NCBI GenBank assembly: GCA_049724395.1
Contig: JAUGWO010000012.1
Location: forward strand, 62,001-126,000
Origin: Spongospora subterranea f. sp. subterranea
Lineage: Eukaryota
Length of the DNA stretch: 64,000 bases
Direction of reading: 5' to 3'
The notes below the pieces were generated by a model. It worked only from the letters and a program-made list of their open reading frames with translations. It was not told where the DNA came from and ran no database searches. Below are positions 25,591 to 40,036 of the stretch, piece by piece; positions within the stretch are counted from its first letter, which is position 1, and each line of letters begins with the position of its first letter. The translations under genes and the position numbers were made by a program.

Positions 25591-26899
25591 GAAAACTTAG
25601 CTGCACCAACGCAATGTTGAACGAGGACATTCGTTGGTAGCGATATTCGCCAACCCACGCACCGGATAGTGTCCGTTTACAAATAATTACTCAAACACAG
25701 ATTTTGATCTTGAATGTTGGCGATGCAAGTACAAATACCGATTTAAGGCACTCGTCAAATCAGAAGTATTGGTTAAGAACTTGAAACCAATAAACTGTCG
25801 CGCTTACTTCTCCAGCTTGATGATGAATAGGATAACCGACTACAGTCTTCGAGCCTGTCACATCAACTCTCAATGTCTTGATACGAAGGCTGAGTGGGTA
25901 CGTGTCTTGGCAGCTACGAAGCTGCTAAGCCAAAATTAAGAACGTTTTCAGCATTCAGGCGAAACTATCACAAGGAACGCAGATTTTACAAACTCACATG
26001 CCTTCTCAGCATGACAAAAATCATCTCATGAATCCGACCCATTTACCGCTTGCTGTTTTCCAGTATGAGCTGTAAGGAGTAAACCTCGAAATCGGACACC
26101 ACCCGAGGGTGGAACGATAATCTATTGCTTTCAACCCAATTATCACAATATCAACTCTATCCAAACCCGTCTACCGTCTTACCTCGAATAGCGCATCCAG
26201 GCGTTATATATTTTGCAACGTTCTAATCTCATTCTCGGTACCGGTAGTACAGTAACTGTACTGTTGCCAAGGCTCTTGACTCAAACAACGTTGGTCATCA
26301 GGAAGAATTCGACTGTTTTGATTTGTTTCACCATACGGTACTGCGTACAGTGGTATTGGTCAACTACTGTCCAATTTTTTGCAATTTGACACATAGATAT
26401 AGTTTTGACAATCTCTCCCGTCTTCGTGGGAAAATTGTTGAGATATAGATCGCGCTTTTTTAGGTTTTCACGCAAATATTCGTAGCGTATCGTCGGTGGG
26501 TCCCATAATGATATTATTTACGGCTGTTGATATATAAGCTAAGGTTACAACTGAGAAACATTCAAGATCATACTTGTACAGGATCACTTCTATAGTGATT
26601 TCACCTGTCTAGTCATTCCCAAAAATGACAGATCTACCCAACCTGGACGATGATCCATAGGCGCTCTCGCTTAGCGTGAGGCTGGGCTCTGCTCCGTGTC
26701 AGATAATGACAGGAGCGGGCGTCCACGATGACCGTATCACTTGCCATCATTCCGGCTTGTGGTTGCGGGAGCGCCATTCTGACAGGTTTTTCACACAAAC
26801 AGTCAAAACGAAATTACCCCATTTTTCTAAAACTTTTTGTTGATGGAAAATTCAGCACCCACAGAGCAACTATTATCGGTTTCAGATAATTTTGCATCA

Positions 26900-28350
26900 G
26901 CATCAGGAATCTCCAAACAGTGACAGTCTGCCGTCCGTTCGTTAAAGTTTTGAGAATGCGCCATGCGAATGACATCAACACGTCAATCCAGACATCGCTT
27001 CCCATTTCGAGGTCTGCTTCATACAGAGTCCGAGGACGTTCACGTCATCTCCACCAGCGCATCAAAGCTGACGCAGTGCTGACACCGGTAGAGCGCCGAC
27101 CGCTGTATGCTTCTCAACCTGTGCCTGCATTGTCGGCAGCGAGGACACAGGATCGCAACGTGCCCGAATTGAGAGATACGGTCGGGAAATGCCCAGGAGT
27201 GACGGACGCCGGATCCCCCCGCCACTCACTAAACCGTGCTAATTTTCCTGAATCCTCGCATCACTGCTTGTCCACATTCTATTATGCCCGATCGCTGTAC
27301 AATCGATGCCTCACCGCCAATGCTACTCTTTAAATTGGTACTCGCCTTTTCACGAGGACAGTACTTATCGATTGCGGTGCAACCTCTTCTTTTGTAGATG
27401 CAACATTTGCCCACATTAACGCCGTCCCACTGAATCGAAATTTGTGTCCGGTCGCTGTCAATGTGGTCGATGGGCGGCAGTTGAATCCTCTTACTTTTGA
27501 ATCTATACCAATACTTACTACTGTCGCTTCCCAGTTCAAGAGTCGAGTAGTCTTCAACGTCATTGATTCACCAAACCACCCAATCATTCTGGGGATTTCG
27601 TGGCTGTCATTTCACAATCCTGATATCGACTGGTCTATTGCAGCTGAAAGCCAGGTTCCGAGCTCAAAGCACACCAAATTCCGTCGATACGGAGCCCGGA
27701 ATTTCCATTGCACCGTCGATGCGGAGAATTTCTTGCAACATCTTGGGAAAATGACGAATGCTACTCTATCCAGTTTAAAAGCACCTTAACCCCCCAACCT
27801 GCCATGCCTCACGTATTGGCGACACTTCCCGAAAAATTTATGGACTTTGCTAGTTTGTTAGATAAACGACAAGCAGAACAACTTTCGCCATATCGCCCGT
27901 ACGATTGTTGCATCGATTTAAAACCAGGTACTGAGCCACCGTTCTGTCGACTTCATGGCCTCTCTCCCAGAGAACAGGAAGCGCTCAAGATATATATTCA
28001 AATCAATCTCTCCCGTAGGTTCATCCGTCCTTTGCAGTCACCCGCTGGCGCTCCTGTCCTCTTTGTCAAGAAAAGACGGCTCTCTACGTCTATGCATCGA
28101 CTATCGCAAATTGAATGCCATTACTATCAAGAACGGCTTTCCACTTCCCCTCGTCGATCAAATGTTGGCACAGCTTACCTCCGCTCGATGGCTTTCCAAA
28201 TTCGATCTTCGTGTGCTCACACCGCATGGCTTATTGAATACCAAGTATAATGCCTTGGCCTGACTAATGCACCGCAGCATTTTATGAACGACTTATTCCG
28301 AGATTACCTTGACAGTTTCGTCGTGATTTACTGGGACGATATCTTAGTTT
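26900..28350 (+). mobile_element. Ty3/Gypsy LTR retrotransposon relic (protease + partial RT), frameshifted and truncated
   Basis: LIDCGATSSFVD protease, [55 protein letters not shown]. Confidence 0.92.
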
Positions 28351-28467
28351 TCGTCAGAGGCCGAGCATGGCAAGTTCATCCGCTCTTTCTCAGATATAGC
28401 CCTTCCGTTGATAAGCGACACTGATGACGATGATCAGTCGGTTAAAGCCTTTCAACACTTCATGTGT

Positions 28468-29703
28468 CTGACATATTAAATTTTCGTCGTTCCGAATCTA
28501 TATTACGCCAATTCAATTCGAAGGGGCGAGCGGCACATCCGCATTTTAACGTCAGTGCATTCTTCGGAATATGCATCGTGTCCAGTAGTTTAGCAATTTC
28601 AACTTCAAGGATTCTCAATGCAAAGCCCGCATTTCTAAATCCAATCAAACCATGAAATGTACATTGGATAGTCGAATTTGATTTACAGATATAGACGGTG
28701 CGATAAATATCCTGACTGTCGAAACTGTCAAACTGCAGTTCATCAAGCATATTACAACAAACGCTTCGACATTGAATGCAGTGTAGCCATCGTTCGTTTG
28801 AACCTCAACGGCAAAATATAGGTTCAACGACGAAGGCTATAGCTGGAAAGGACGAGATCACTCTGAACTGTATTGCATAACTAATCCATCAGGTTCCTGA
28901 AGCGTACCTGATGTGCTGGATCATGATGCACCATGGTCAATAACTTAATGATGTCCATCTTATCACTTCATTGTGTCTCAATGATGTCGCCGATAGCGCA
29001 ACATCAAACATCGAACATGTATCATTCAACACGTGGGACCATGGAGCGGGGTTAACGGGGACTGTGATCGTCAGGTGCCAGTCAGGGTATGGACAAACGC
29101 AGTCACAGCTTCGATCAACGTCCCAGTTGACGTTACGGCCTGCTCTGACGAGGGAACGTAGGACACGTTGCCATGACGTGACGTGTATGTAACGTCTACA
29201 TCGACCATGATCAATACTCTGACGTGCACGGGTGGACCTGGCGTCAGACTCTTTCTATTGCCGTTCAGACATGGGTGAGGCCCTGTGCGTGCTAATAATG
29301 ACGATATTCCTGCCTGGAGGGGCTCTTGTGGTCTTTTTTAGGCGCTGCTCGGATGGCGATCTGCGGCGCCCAAATTTATCATAAAAGAGGCATAAATATG
29401 TCGTCTATCATAATAGATTTATTAGAAAATAAGACTAATTTAGTACGGTAGGAGGCATATATATATAAAAGACGTCGTCTATGATAATAAATATATTCGA
29501 CTACATATCCACTGAAATGTACACTTCATGGTTTGATTGGATTTAGAAATGCGGTCTTGGCATTGAGTATCCTTGACGTTGAATTTGCTAAACTACTGGA
29601 CACGATGCATATTCGGAAGAATGCACTGACGTCATATGTGGATGTGCCGCTCGCCCGTTCGAATTGAATTGGCGTAATATAGATTCGGAACGACGAAGAT
29701 TTT
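28468..29703. repeat. diverged long inverted repeat, arms ~28468-28685 and ~29488-29703
   Basis: ttcgtcgttccgaatctatattacgccaattcaattcgaa... is the reverse complement of ...ttcgaattgaattggcgtaatatagattcggaacgacgaa over about 215 bp. Confidence 0.92.
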
Positions 29704-30468
29704 AGTGGATCATAACAACGTTGTGGTGCGATTAGACTGCAAAGTGCCAGAACACAGTTCTCGGGTAAATTGCCAACTGTGTGCTACGTTGACATCGATC
29801 GAGTAGCAAAACGCTCATTTCATGGAACAATGCAGCGTCACAAACCAGCTTTTTGGTTTTACGACACCGTTTGGACTTGTGAAGTCCCAATTCCGTCCAA
29901 CCAACTCCATTTAGCTAATGGCAACCAAGATTATCTACAATCGAGCAGACAAATCAATGTCAACGATCAAGTATATGGAACCAACTAAATATGACGCAGA
30001 CCTCGAATCTGGACTGGTTTCATCAGGATCATCCAAACTCAGCGTAACCATCGTCTGGCGATTTGCAGCGGCCCGGTCTGTTTTAAATCAATTTCAGGCC
30101 AACTTAATGCTCACCTGACTTCCGGGTATGTCAGCGTCCAAAGTTCCAAACCCCTTCCTGCTCCTCGAGCGCTTACCAAAATCGTTTACGGTCTTGTTCC
30201 ACATGTTAAATGCGCTTTATTGAAAGAAAGTTGGCTCATTTTCTGCAGCTGAAATGCCATCCATCAGTCCCAATCGTTTCCTTCATTAACTCGTTTTGAT
30301 ATCCCTCCTTGCATGCAACTCATTTCGCGGCATTGAAATACGCCATCACATTGTTAGTCCTCCGGGCGACGTATTTGGACCACGTTTGGCCGATTTTGAG
30401 TATCGTTTTAGAAGGAGATTTGTGGAATTTATTTCAGTATTTTGAACGTGACAGGAAGTTTGGCAATG

Positions 30469-32817
30469 TCACACATTCGTGTGTTCGCCGGGTTTGATCG
30501 GGTCGGATTCTGTTTTGATGGCAGATGGCTCTCCGATCTGGACCTTGGCAACGGCTTCGGCGGCGATGGTGGAATTCAGGAACCCGGGTGGCGGTATTTT
30601 CCAAATGAATATGGCGCCTTCCTCGCCGACCGACACGATGTTCTTCTGGTCAGGTGAGATGGCAACCCGTTTAACAGCACCGCTGTGTCCAGCGCCATAC
30701 AAATAGCAATGCCCTTCGTCATACCCCCAAAGCTAGAGGCAGTACGATTGGGAACTGGGACAAACATCGGTACCCAATAACAGGCCAAACCTTAACGAGT
30801 TTGTCAGCGCTTCCCGAGACGAACATGTCCCCGTCCGCAGATATATCCAACGATGTGATTTCTCCGACGTTCGACCCGTCGACGATACGGATCGCGTTCC
30901 CGTCAACGGCGTCCCAATACGATATCTGGTGTTGCGGTTAAAAAAAAAGGCAACGACAGTCAATCCCACGAGGAGCGCGAACCTTCCGATCGGTTCCACA
31001 GGTTAACAGCTGGCTATCGTCAGGATGATACACGATCGTGTTGAACTGTGTCGAAGCGAACATGGCGTTCAGGCGCAAATACCCGACCAGATCCCAGATG
31101 ATGCACGATCCATCATACGACGCTGAAACACATTCGGAATCGTCGCCCTTAACACGAATCAATGTCACTTTAGCTTTGTGTTCTTTCAAACTCGACACCA
31201 TTGTTCGCGTATTTTCACCTGGGAACCATGAAACAAGAATCAAAATACGATTTCTTCAGAACAAATCAGTTCCGGTTAATAATTCTCTATCTTTACCGAT
31301 TGCCCAGACCCGTACTCGACCGTCACCGCCGCCACTGATGATGCGTTTTCCATCGCTTGTCGTGGTGATCGCTGTCACCCCATCATCGTGGGCATCGTGG
31401 ATCACGTAGACCAATTTACCGGATTGTGGGCGGAACGCTCGAATCTTTCCGTCATTCCATCCGCTGATGATTGTTTTCCCATCGCGCGTTAGCGCCACAC
31501 ATAGGGCCTCCAACCCGTTAATATGGATTCGCAACAGTTCCGTCCTCAATCTCGTATTCCAAACGCGAATATCGTTGACCGACGCCTGCAAAACACAATA
31601 AGATTGGCAAAGTCAATCGTTTGAACAATCGTTGTACAGTTATGAACAATTCGGAATATCCATCTGGGAAACAGACGTCATTGATACGGCCGTAATGACA
31701 GGTCGACCGCAGCTCCTGATCGAAGGATTTCAAATGGACCAAATGGATATTGCATTTACTTGTCCCAACGAAGAAATGGTCCTGAACGACCCACCCGTCA
31801 GCAGAAAAACAAGGGTTCGGTCGTGAACGTTCCTTACGCAGGCTTTATTGAGAACTATACTGGTTATAGCTCCATCAAATTTATGAGATCGGACAATGGC
31901 CAGGTCTTTTCCTCGTAGTAGAGCAACATTTCCGTCTCCGGCCCCAACGAGAACGTCGCCGCCAGGTACTAGACACACGACTCGGATCCCGTTCGCCAAT
32001 GGCTTCTTGCGGGGGCCGGAATCTTGAAACAGATGATTCTGCACCCACAGCAGATCAGGAACGATTGAGGCCCGACAGAACGGAACGATTACTTTGATGT
32101 TGACGCGAAGCAAATCACCTGAACCTGTTCCGACATAGACGAACTGGTCCAACGGGTCGATTTGCACAACGCTGGCGATGCGTTTAATGGAGCCGAGACG
32201 GCAATCGGTTGGGCGGATTTTGCGATTAGCCAAATCGAAGTCCCATACGCGTAGGTTGTACTTTCCTGCTGTGATTAGCTTGAACTCGTCCTGGTTGAAA
32301 AATTTCACGGTCAGGGCAACGTCGTTGGACGCCGGAGCACCGCAAACTTGGGCCGAATATCAATTTTTGGGGCAAGAATTGCTGGAACGATCGACATACC
32401 TGGATCACCGGTGGCGATCGACCAGACAACGAGTTTGTTGTCGTCTTCACCGCCTAGAGTGGCCAAATAGGTGTCGTCCTTGGAGAAGGCCACAGCCTGA
32501 ACCTTGCCCTTGTGCAGTGTCAAGCGGTGGACCACATCCCCGCTGGCCAGATCCCAGAGAATCACGACGGCCGGGAACCCCATGTGCGTCACCTGCCCGG
32601 TCGCCAGCATCTTCCCCGAATGGGATAGCGCCAGGCACGACACGGCGCGGTCGTGCCCATTCTTGGTCAGGAATCGCTGAGTGCTGTGCAATATGTTCTT
32701 GATCACGACATTGGATCCGAGCGGGTAAATCAGGTGCTCGTCGTCGCTGTGCAGGATCAGGCCCTCGCTCACGTCGCCAGCGAACCCAATCACCGCTTCC
32801 AGATCCAGCGCCGACAT
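30469..32817 (-). CDS. CFAP52: cilia- and flagella-associated protein 52 (WDR16), multi-exon
   Basis: LDLEAVIGFAG, LIYPLGS, GQVTHMGFPA, LHKGKVQAVAFS, SGWNDGKIRAFRPQSGKL, GHSGAVKRVAISPD, VSVGEEGAIFIW. Confidence 0.96.
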
Positions 32818-33202
32818 TAGACACGACTCGCTGTTCGGCCAACTGTGATGGGCTGTAACGATCAATCCGGGACTCAGCCGGTAACAGCAACTTGGCCATT
32901 TTCGCCATCGACTGGTTGGGATCCATTACAAACCCATTTTTACAGGTGAAAAAGTAAACGCTGTGTGCAGTCGTGAAAATTCCGACTTTCCCAATGAACC
33001 GAATGATCTGCAGAGGAGATGACGGGACTATTCACAGAATGAAGTTCTGGCCGACGATGATTTATGTTGACAGTTCTTGGAGCGATGGGTTAGAACCCTG
33101 ATCTAAAGGAGAAGAACAGGAGGAAAGACAACGCAAGCGAACGGCTGGCAAAGCAGATATAGATGCGATTTTTTTATCATAATTATAAGCTGAATAGGAG
33201 AT

Positions 33203-36200
33203 TTATGGGTGGGTTTGTGGTTGACTACCAAAATCGATGCAATCCATGAACGATTCTGGAGAGACCTCGCTAGGTTCAATGGTTTCGGCAATAAGGACGT
33301 TGTGCTGAGTGAAAGTTGCAGTGACCCACGCGCACACATTCTTGCCATTGACCAGGGCACGAAACGCTTCCAAATCTAGTTCGCTCCAGCTCTCAAGAGA
33401 AAATGTTCTGGCAAGCGCAGAAATTTCGACAATAAGCGTCCTGAGAGACCTGAAACCCCCACTAAATTACCAATACAAATAAGAATGAAGCCATCTTACA
33501 ATGGATCTTCTAGAGACAGAGCGGCATATCCATGATTATATGTTGACTGGGTATCTTGAAGGAATAATGTCCCATAGACCAGATTTGAAAGAGGTTCCGA
33601 GCCTGAACTTCTCTTGGCAAGAAATTGGACGCGATACTATCAACAGCCTACCTTGTAGTCGTGGGACTGGGCAGGAAACAGGATCGATAATGTGCATTGC
33701 CCTCCGAGTTTGGAGAGAGAGATGCAATGGCGACTGAATCTCAGTGGCAAGATTCACAAAGTTGGCGGCCCCTCTGCCAATGGCAGAATGACAGTTTAGT
33801 CGCGAGTCAAATCTTGTATAGACGACATTTTCGACTCGCATGAACTATTTCATGCAATGTGAGCCAGATGCAGCATGAATTACCGCAAATCAATACCTGA
33901 CCGACACTGAGTGTAGGACAATTCCAATCAGCCCCCAACTGCAGTACGAGGAGTTCAACGGCGGCAGTCTCGCTACAGAGCACAATGCAGGTAGCGCTTT
34001 GCAGGACAAGGAACCCTTGGACGTCGAAAAAGGTTCCAGGCCTTAGATCGCGAGACTGGAATTTCAATACGTTGATCGCCTGAGATTGTATTGGAATTAT
34101 CTGATATATGGAATTACAGACGTCGTTGTTTACGGGAAGTACAGGTTTAACAGCACGAGTGACCGAATATGTAGACCGAGGCGAACTGTTAAGATAAACA
34201 GAACCGAAAGGACCAGAAGCACAGTCAACTGAATAAACGGTGATCGAATCTCCAGCATTGATATTGTCCGCTTCTGGAGACGATATTGTCAAAAAATAAA
34301 GCCTCTCATCCCTATGAGGGAAAATCAGGAAACCACCGTGAAACAAGTCTCGAAACAGTTTTTACAGTGGCTGCGTTTCTGGAAATTCACTTTGAACAAG
34401 GAAGCAATAGGAGACCTTGACGTCTCGGCGGAAGACCTCTCTATGAAGTATGTCCAAAAGCTGATGGAGGAGTAAGAGCAGGCAGTGGACCATTTTGGCA
34501 AGAAATACTTTGTCGGCTGGCGTATCTTTTACATCCGATTCGAGATTTTGGAAAAACTCTTCAGAGACACGTTGACTTTGATTGAGCTGCACCAGAAGAT
34601 CCGCACCACTAAGTGGGACATCAGATGACTGCCGCACACCATTGTGAGTTGACAGATCCAAGCAGCGACGACGAGAATTTACCGAGAGCACCTGCTCGAC
34701 AGCTTCAAGATATCGACAATGCTCTTCAAACGATCTGGTTTCCCCAAGAGCATTACGAGTAACAAGTCGGTTGGACATGCCTTTACCGTTCCGGGTCATC
34801 ACCTGAAAAAAGTTAGCAACTATTTGAATAAGCGTAAAACCCAGCATTGGATCACCCGTTCCATGTACCGGGCAGGAAGCGATCTCAAAATCGTAACCCG
34901 GACCTTTGGACAACAACCTCCAAGAGGCTTAAGGCTACGTAAACTGATCAAAAACCCCCTTCGCTGAAAATCGAAACTCATTATTGTCGGCAAACCAGAA
35001 CCAGGCAGAGCCATACTGGTTGAAATCCCATAACGGAATCCCATAAGGCGCGGCGGGTTCCGTTGATGAAGATGCGCAATCTGGTGTCAACGTTCTCCAA
35101 AGGCGCACAAGGCTCAGAACCGCCAGTAAGGCAGGCGTTGAATATTCGGAGTTTCAATCCCTCATGAATTTTGCCCTAAGTGAGATTCAAAACGCAATAA
35201 CATTATCCGAAATGGCAAAGGAATCATACCTCCCGTGTAGCAGCTTTCAATCCTGCATCTAAATCCGCCGCTATAGAATACCTAAATCCACATTAATTCC
35301 GAGGTTTGCCCAACACGCTTCTGTCATACCATCCATCAGTTAGCTCCACTGACAAGGTTTCGATATCCACGCTGGCTACACAAAAGAATGAGAACACCAC
35401 TCGGACTCTGGAAACGAGTGTTCATTTGCAACCTTGAACTCAACGGATAAACAACTGACGCGGTCACCCTCAATTACAGATTTCAATGCCGAACGCTTGC
35501 AGTTGACAAACTCTGCGAGAATCAGTACTAGGGAAGGACGACCCAAGTGAACGCTAACCAGAGTGATGGCGACGCAGGACCTGTGAAAGTACCCGGTCAT
35601 ATGTTAAGGCAGAAACCCGGAACTTCCTTTCAGTGCAGGCCAGTTTCCACACAATCCATCGGTAATGGTTCTGCACCCAATCTAGAGCAAAACTGGGGCG
35701 GATCTTAAATGTCTGTCATGAATCGCAAAAACGAATCCTAAATACCATGATGGTTTCAATCCAGCCGAAATACAGTCATCTCTAATGTTCCCGACAGATT
35801 TGCCATTAGGAAAGACGTATGACGATGCCGCAGAAGACGTCATGAACGCTATGTCGTTCGGCACTAGATAGGACTTACAATTCGACTGAAAAACGTCATC
35901 TCTTCGGTTAAAAATCGGTCGCGACATCAAAGGGACGACCCACCTGCGCTGATCTGTGATTTGACGAAAACGTTCTCAATGGTATCTTGGCGGCATTGCA
36001 CTTCGGAACATCGTGATATATTTTCGGTGAAGGAGCTCTTGGGACATTCTCGAGAGGAGAGACGGGTCTGCGGAAAGCTGGAGGTGTAAACTTGAGACGC
36101 TTGCGAAGCTTAAAACCGGGTGACGGAGTCTGCAAGCAAATGCCCGAGAAATCCCTCGAAATGTGAGGGCTAGGAGTCACAATGCCTTGGGCGATGTTGG

Positions 36201-38213
36201 CAACAGACGTTGGATTTCTCACATTTGACGGAGTTGAATGGGGCCAAGAGTTCGAGCGGCTAACAGGAGATGCAGTTGGCAGGTCCCGTGATCGTTTGGT
36301 TACGTTGGCATTCGGGGTTTCCGGATGTGAATGAGGCAAATTGCGGAGGGGCCGTTGAGAATTGGTTCGCGAAGAAAATTTGCTTGCAGAATCCTCTTGG
36401 GTAGAAGGAAAACGATTCTCCTTACCTGAATTAGTCGAGCATGTAGAATCTTTGACACCATTCGTTTTATGTTTTGCGTCCAGATTATGCGCGATCTTGT
36501 CTACCGGTTCATCGAAATCTGCTCGGTGCTGTTCGGAAGCAGGACTGGCCAATGTAGCTGTTGAGGTAGCAGCGGCAGAGTAAAGTCCTCCCGACGTTGC
36601 CAATTGATGTTCATCGGTGGCGTCCTCACCACCCGCCTCCGACAAAAGTGCCGCCCCTTTTGCCATCATTTCATCGGTGATCTCCAATGGTTTCCCAGAT
36701 GCAGTAGAAAACAGAAAACCGGCGGTGGACGACCTCGTATTAGAAAATCCTTGATACACCGCCGATTTTCCGAGATCGGATTCTTCGGAGAAAGTTGAAG
36801 CACAAGGCGCGGCAGTGGGCGAAGGCTGAAAGTCACCAGACGTACAGTCAAAGACGCTAGACTTATCATTCAAGCGATCGCTGAGCTCAGACGAGTCTTC
36901 GATTTCGGCCAACTTTTCAGACTTGCAAGGTTTTGAAAGTATGTCAGCTCCTTGTTTCAGCATCGCATCAGTTATAGAAACCGGCCGTCCGGACGCCGTT
37001 GAAAATGCAAACCCAGCTTGTGGAGGCTCGGCAACAATGGGCCGTTTATCGTCAACGGACTCTGGAGTAGCAGGGCCGCTAGACGAACTCTGGAGATTAA
37101 CCGATGGCCCATTTTCAGAAGGCTCTGCCAGAATTGCTGCTCCCTTCTTTAGCATCGCATTGGTGATAGCAACAGGGCGTCCAGAGGCGGTTGTAAACAG
37201 AAATCCTGATGTTGGGGTAGGCTCCAAAATCGACGAGCTTGGAAGATCTGGGTAGGTGCATTTTTCTTCGATTTTGACAGTCTCCTTTTCTGATAATGCG
37301 TCGTCTGAAGTCGCTACTAGAATTGCTGCTGCTTTCTTCAACATCGCATCAGATACATGTACAGGTCGCCCAGATGCCGTAGAGAACAAAGAACCTGTTC
37401 GTGGAGCGGAGCACGGCAAAGAACTCGCTAAACCTGCATAGTGTTGTTGGATGCAACTGTCAAGCATCGCCGAATCAGCTGCAGTAATGTCATCCAGGCT
37501 ATGGAACGCATCCGTCGAATGGGGAAACACCATCGTCACATTGTCGTGAGATGAAATTCCAGTTGGCTCAGCAGCCGGCGGCGAATACGGTAAACTTCTC
37601 TGAGCATCAGAGCAATGACTGCCTCCTCGGATTTCAGGCTTTTCATCATTACTAACAAAGCGCATTCGTCCGACAGGTGAAGGAGAGAAATTTGGCGCTT
37701 CATCATTGTTTGTGTTGCTGATTTCAGGTTGATCCGGCCGGAAAAGCTCGTGACGTTTGAGAGTGTCATCAGAAAAACTGGTTGCTCTGAAAAGTGACTT
37801 AGAATAGAGAACGCAAACTGGCGTTTGATCTTACGACGGGTTAGAGTTAATTTGTGCAGAGGCGTTGGTGCCTTCTGTTTGGGTGCCAATATCTTGATAG
37901 GTTCGAGGAGGCTGATTGTTCTGGGTAAAAGCGGAAACAAGTTTGGCCATATTCGTTGGCGGTTCAGTGGCGGATTGTCCATCGTAGTGATCTGCTGATA
38001 CAGTATCTTGACAGATCTTGAACATGGCCTGAACTGATGACACACCTAATGAGACAGGAGGGGGTGGGACAGAACGGGAACCAAATTACTTTGAGAGTTC
38101 AGCGCGTTGGCGTCATATTGAGGCCGAAATATGATGGGCGAGTGTCCAGGGCAGCCGCAATGCACGCAGCCTGTCGATATCGTCGTGTTGGTCGGCGGAT
38201 TGCCACTGTCCAT
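33203..38213 (-). CDS. BRCA2: BRCA2 homolog with four BRC repeats and DNA-binding domain, multi-exon
   Basis: Four F(S/T)TASG(R/K)P repeats in ORF 35908-37665; spliced WVQNHYRWIVWKL, KRSALKSVIEGD and ELTDGWY motifs. Gene ends inferred. Confidence 0.92.
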
Positions 38214-39056
38214 GGAGGGTAAGAATCCGGTGTGAAAAAAATCGGGATATGACGGAAAACAGAGAGGGGCGATGGAGGCGAATTGGGTACAGCAGATCCG
38301 TTTGGTTAACCACCGTGTTCCTTGCCCAGTTTACACATTGATCACGACAATACCCTCTAATTGCGCGCCAAATCCCCGCCATAATAGCGAACATGTATAG
38401 GCAACAAGGGCGAACAAGGAACGAGGTCCGACGCTCCATCATGTTGAAATTGTCACCGATCGTGTGTCGTTCAGCGCTACGGTCGCCAGATTTTCCCCGG
38501 AATTAGAGCAATTTACGGATGTGAGACGCGTAGTGTCATCATTTCCGCTATCGTGAAATCTGATCATCTGCTCGCTGCATTTCCGTTGCTAACCTGGCGA
38601 TGCTCATTGGACACCAGCCAGTTTTGCGCATTTGATGCTCTTCCCATTCGCTCGATTCTAAGAGTTCAAGGCAAGGCTACGCTTCTGGGTTTCATCTCAG
38701 GGTTCTCTATCATTATGATGTTTGAAAATCCACCCATTGTTTATGGCAATATATCGGTGACTACATATATCTCAACGGGGTCATAATTTCCCAGGTTTCG
38801 ACGTGGCGCTCAATCAAACCAATCAGCTCGAGGCTACTATGATAGGCAGTTCGATATTGTTTAACGTATTCTCCGTCCGGTTTTCATAAGAATAGTTTTC
38901 ACATAGCTGAAAATCCCGAACATTCTTTTGTTTCCAAGTTGATAGACCCTTTACCCAAAGGCCCGATGGCTGACAGTCGTATTGCTGCAGGATTGGGTCT
39001 CTCCAGTTTATAACGCTTTCTATCCAAGAAGCACGCATCACGTTGAGTGGATGGTA

Positions 39057-39402
39057 TCAAACTGGCGTTCCAGAAGCCTTCCGCATCGATGACGATTGCG
39101 CCCTTTTGTCATCTCCTTGATATGAGATCCAGACATGTGACCCTCCGACCAGGCAAGCGACGATCTCATTAGATAGATCCAGGGATTCGCTAGCATCGCT
39201 CGCGATTGAAATTGGACTCCCCAAACTAACACCAAACGACGTATCATATCGGCAAGCTCCAACGTCCCCTTGTCAAAATCTCATTTTTTCCAAAAACAGC
39301 GGGTGATAAACCAGAAAACGTACCAAGCCACTTCAATGTCTGGGTTCCAGGGCCACACTCAACAGATATCTGCTTTTCGCGAACATGAACGTTGATTTTC
39401 AT
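39057..39402 (-). CDS. small two-exon protein consisting of a Par3/HAL N-terminal-like (ubiquitin/PB1-like) domain
   Basis: MKINVHVREKQISVECGPGTQTLKWLG|DVGACRYDTSFGVSLGSPVSI...VWISYQGDDKRAQSSSMRKASGTPV*, with one GT-AG intron. Confidence 0.7.
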
Positions 39403-40036
39403 TGCCGCTCACGACAATTGTTGATGATTGTACCCGGTCGATCGGTGTTGACACAGCAGTAGGATTCGGTGGGTCCAACCGCAAAAGACTAGGGATTGAG
39501 CATCAACGCCATCATTGTGTTATCTGTCCGCAATCACCCAGTCTTCATAAACGTCGATGAACGTCAACTCAAGGTCGATCGCGGTTGCTGATGGAGTAGG
39601 ATTTGATGCCACGTTTGATCCACATGCTCGATGGGATACGTGTAGAGATTTTCAACGCGTGTTGTTGAGCCTGAACAATGAAGGAGAGTAGGTGTAGGTA
39701 GGGCGGAAGGACTATGGTAATGGAAACCAGGCAGCTGGATTGGTCTGCTGTAGCTCCTGAAACATATGAAATGTTGGCGTTATCCAGAACCACAAAAGCT
39801 TCGCGGCATTAACCCTAGCTGAACTGGAAACAGATTATGTGATTAAAACAAATGCTTTTTTTGTCTTGTGCTATTCCATGCGAAAAGTTTTACAACGTTT
39901 TTTGGGTCCTGGCAGTTTCTAAATAATGTGCGCGCAATGACGAACATGAAATTGCGCACTGTAGGTGTAGGCACTAAAGAGTGTCTGGTAGACTGAGACA
40001 CCAACCGTTACCTGTAATAATCGTTACCCTGTCGTC

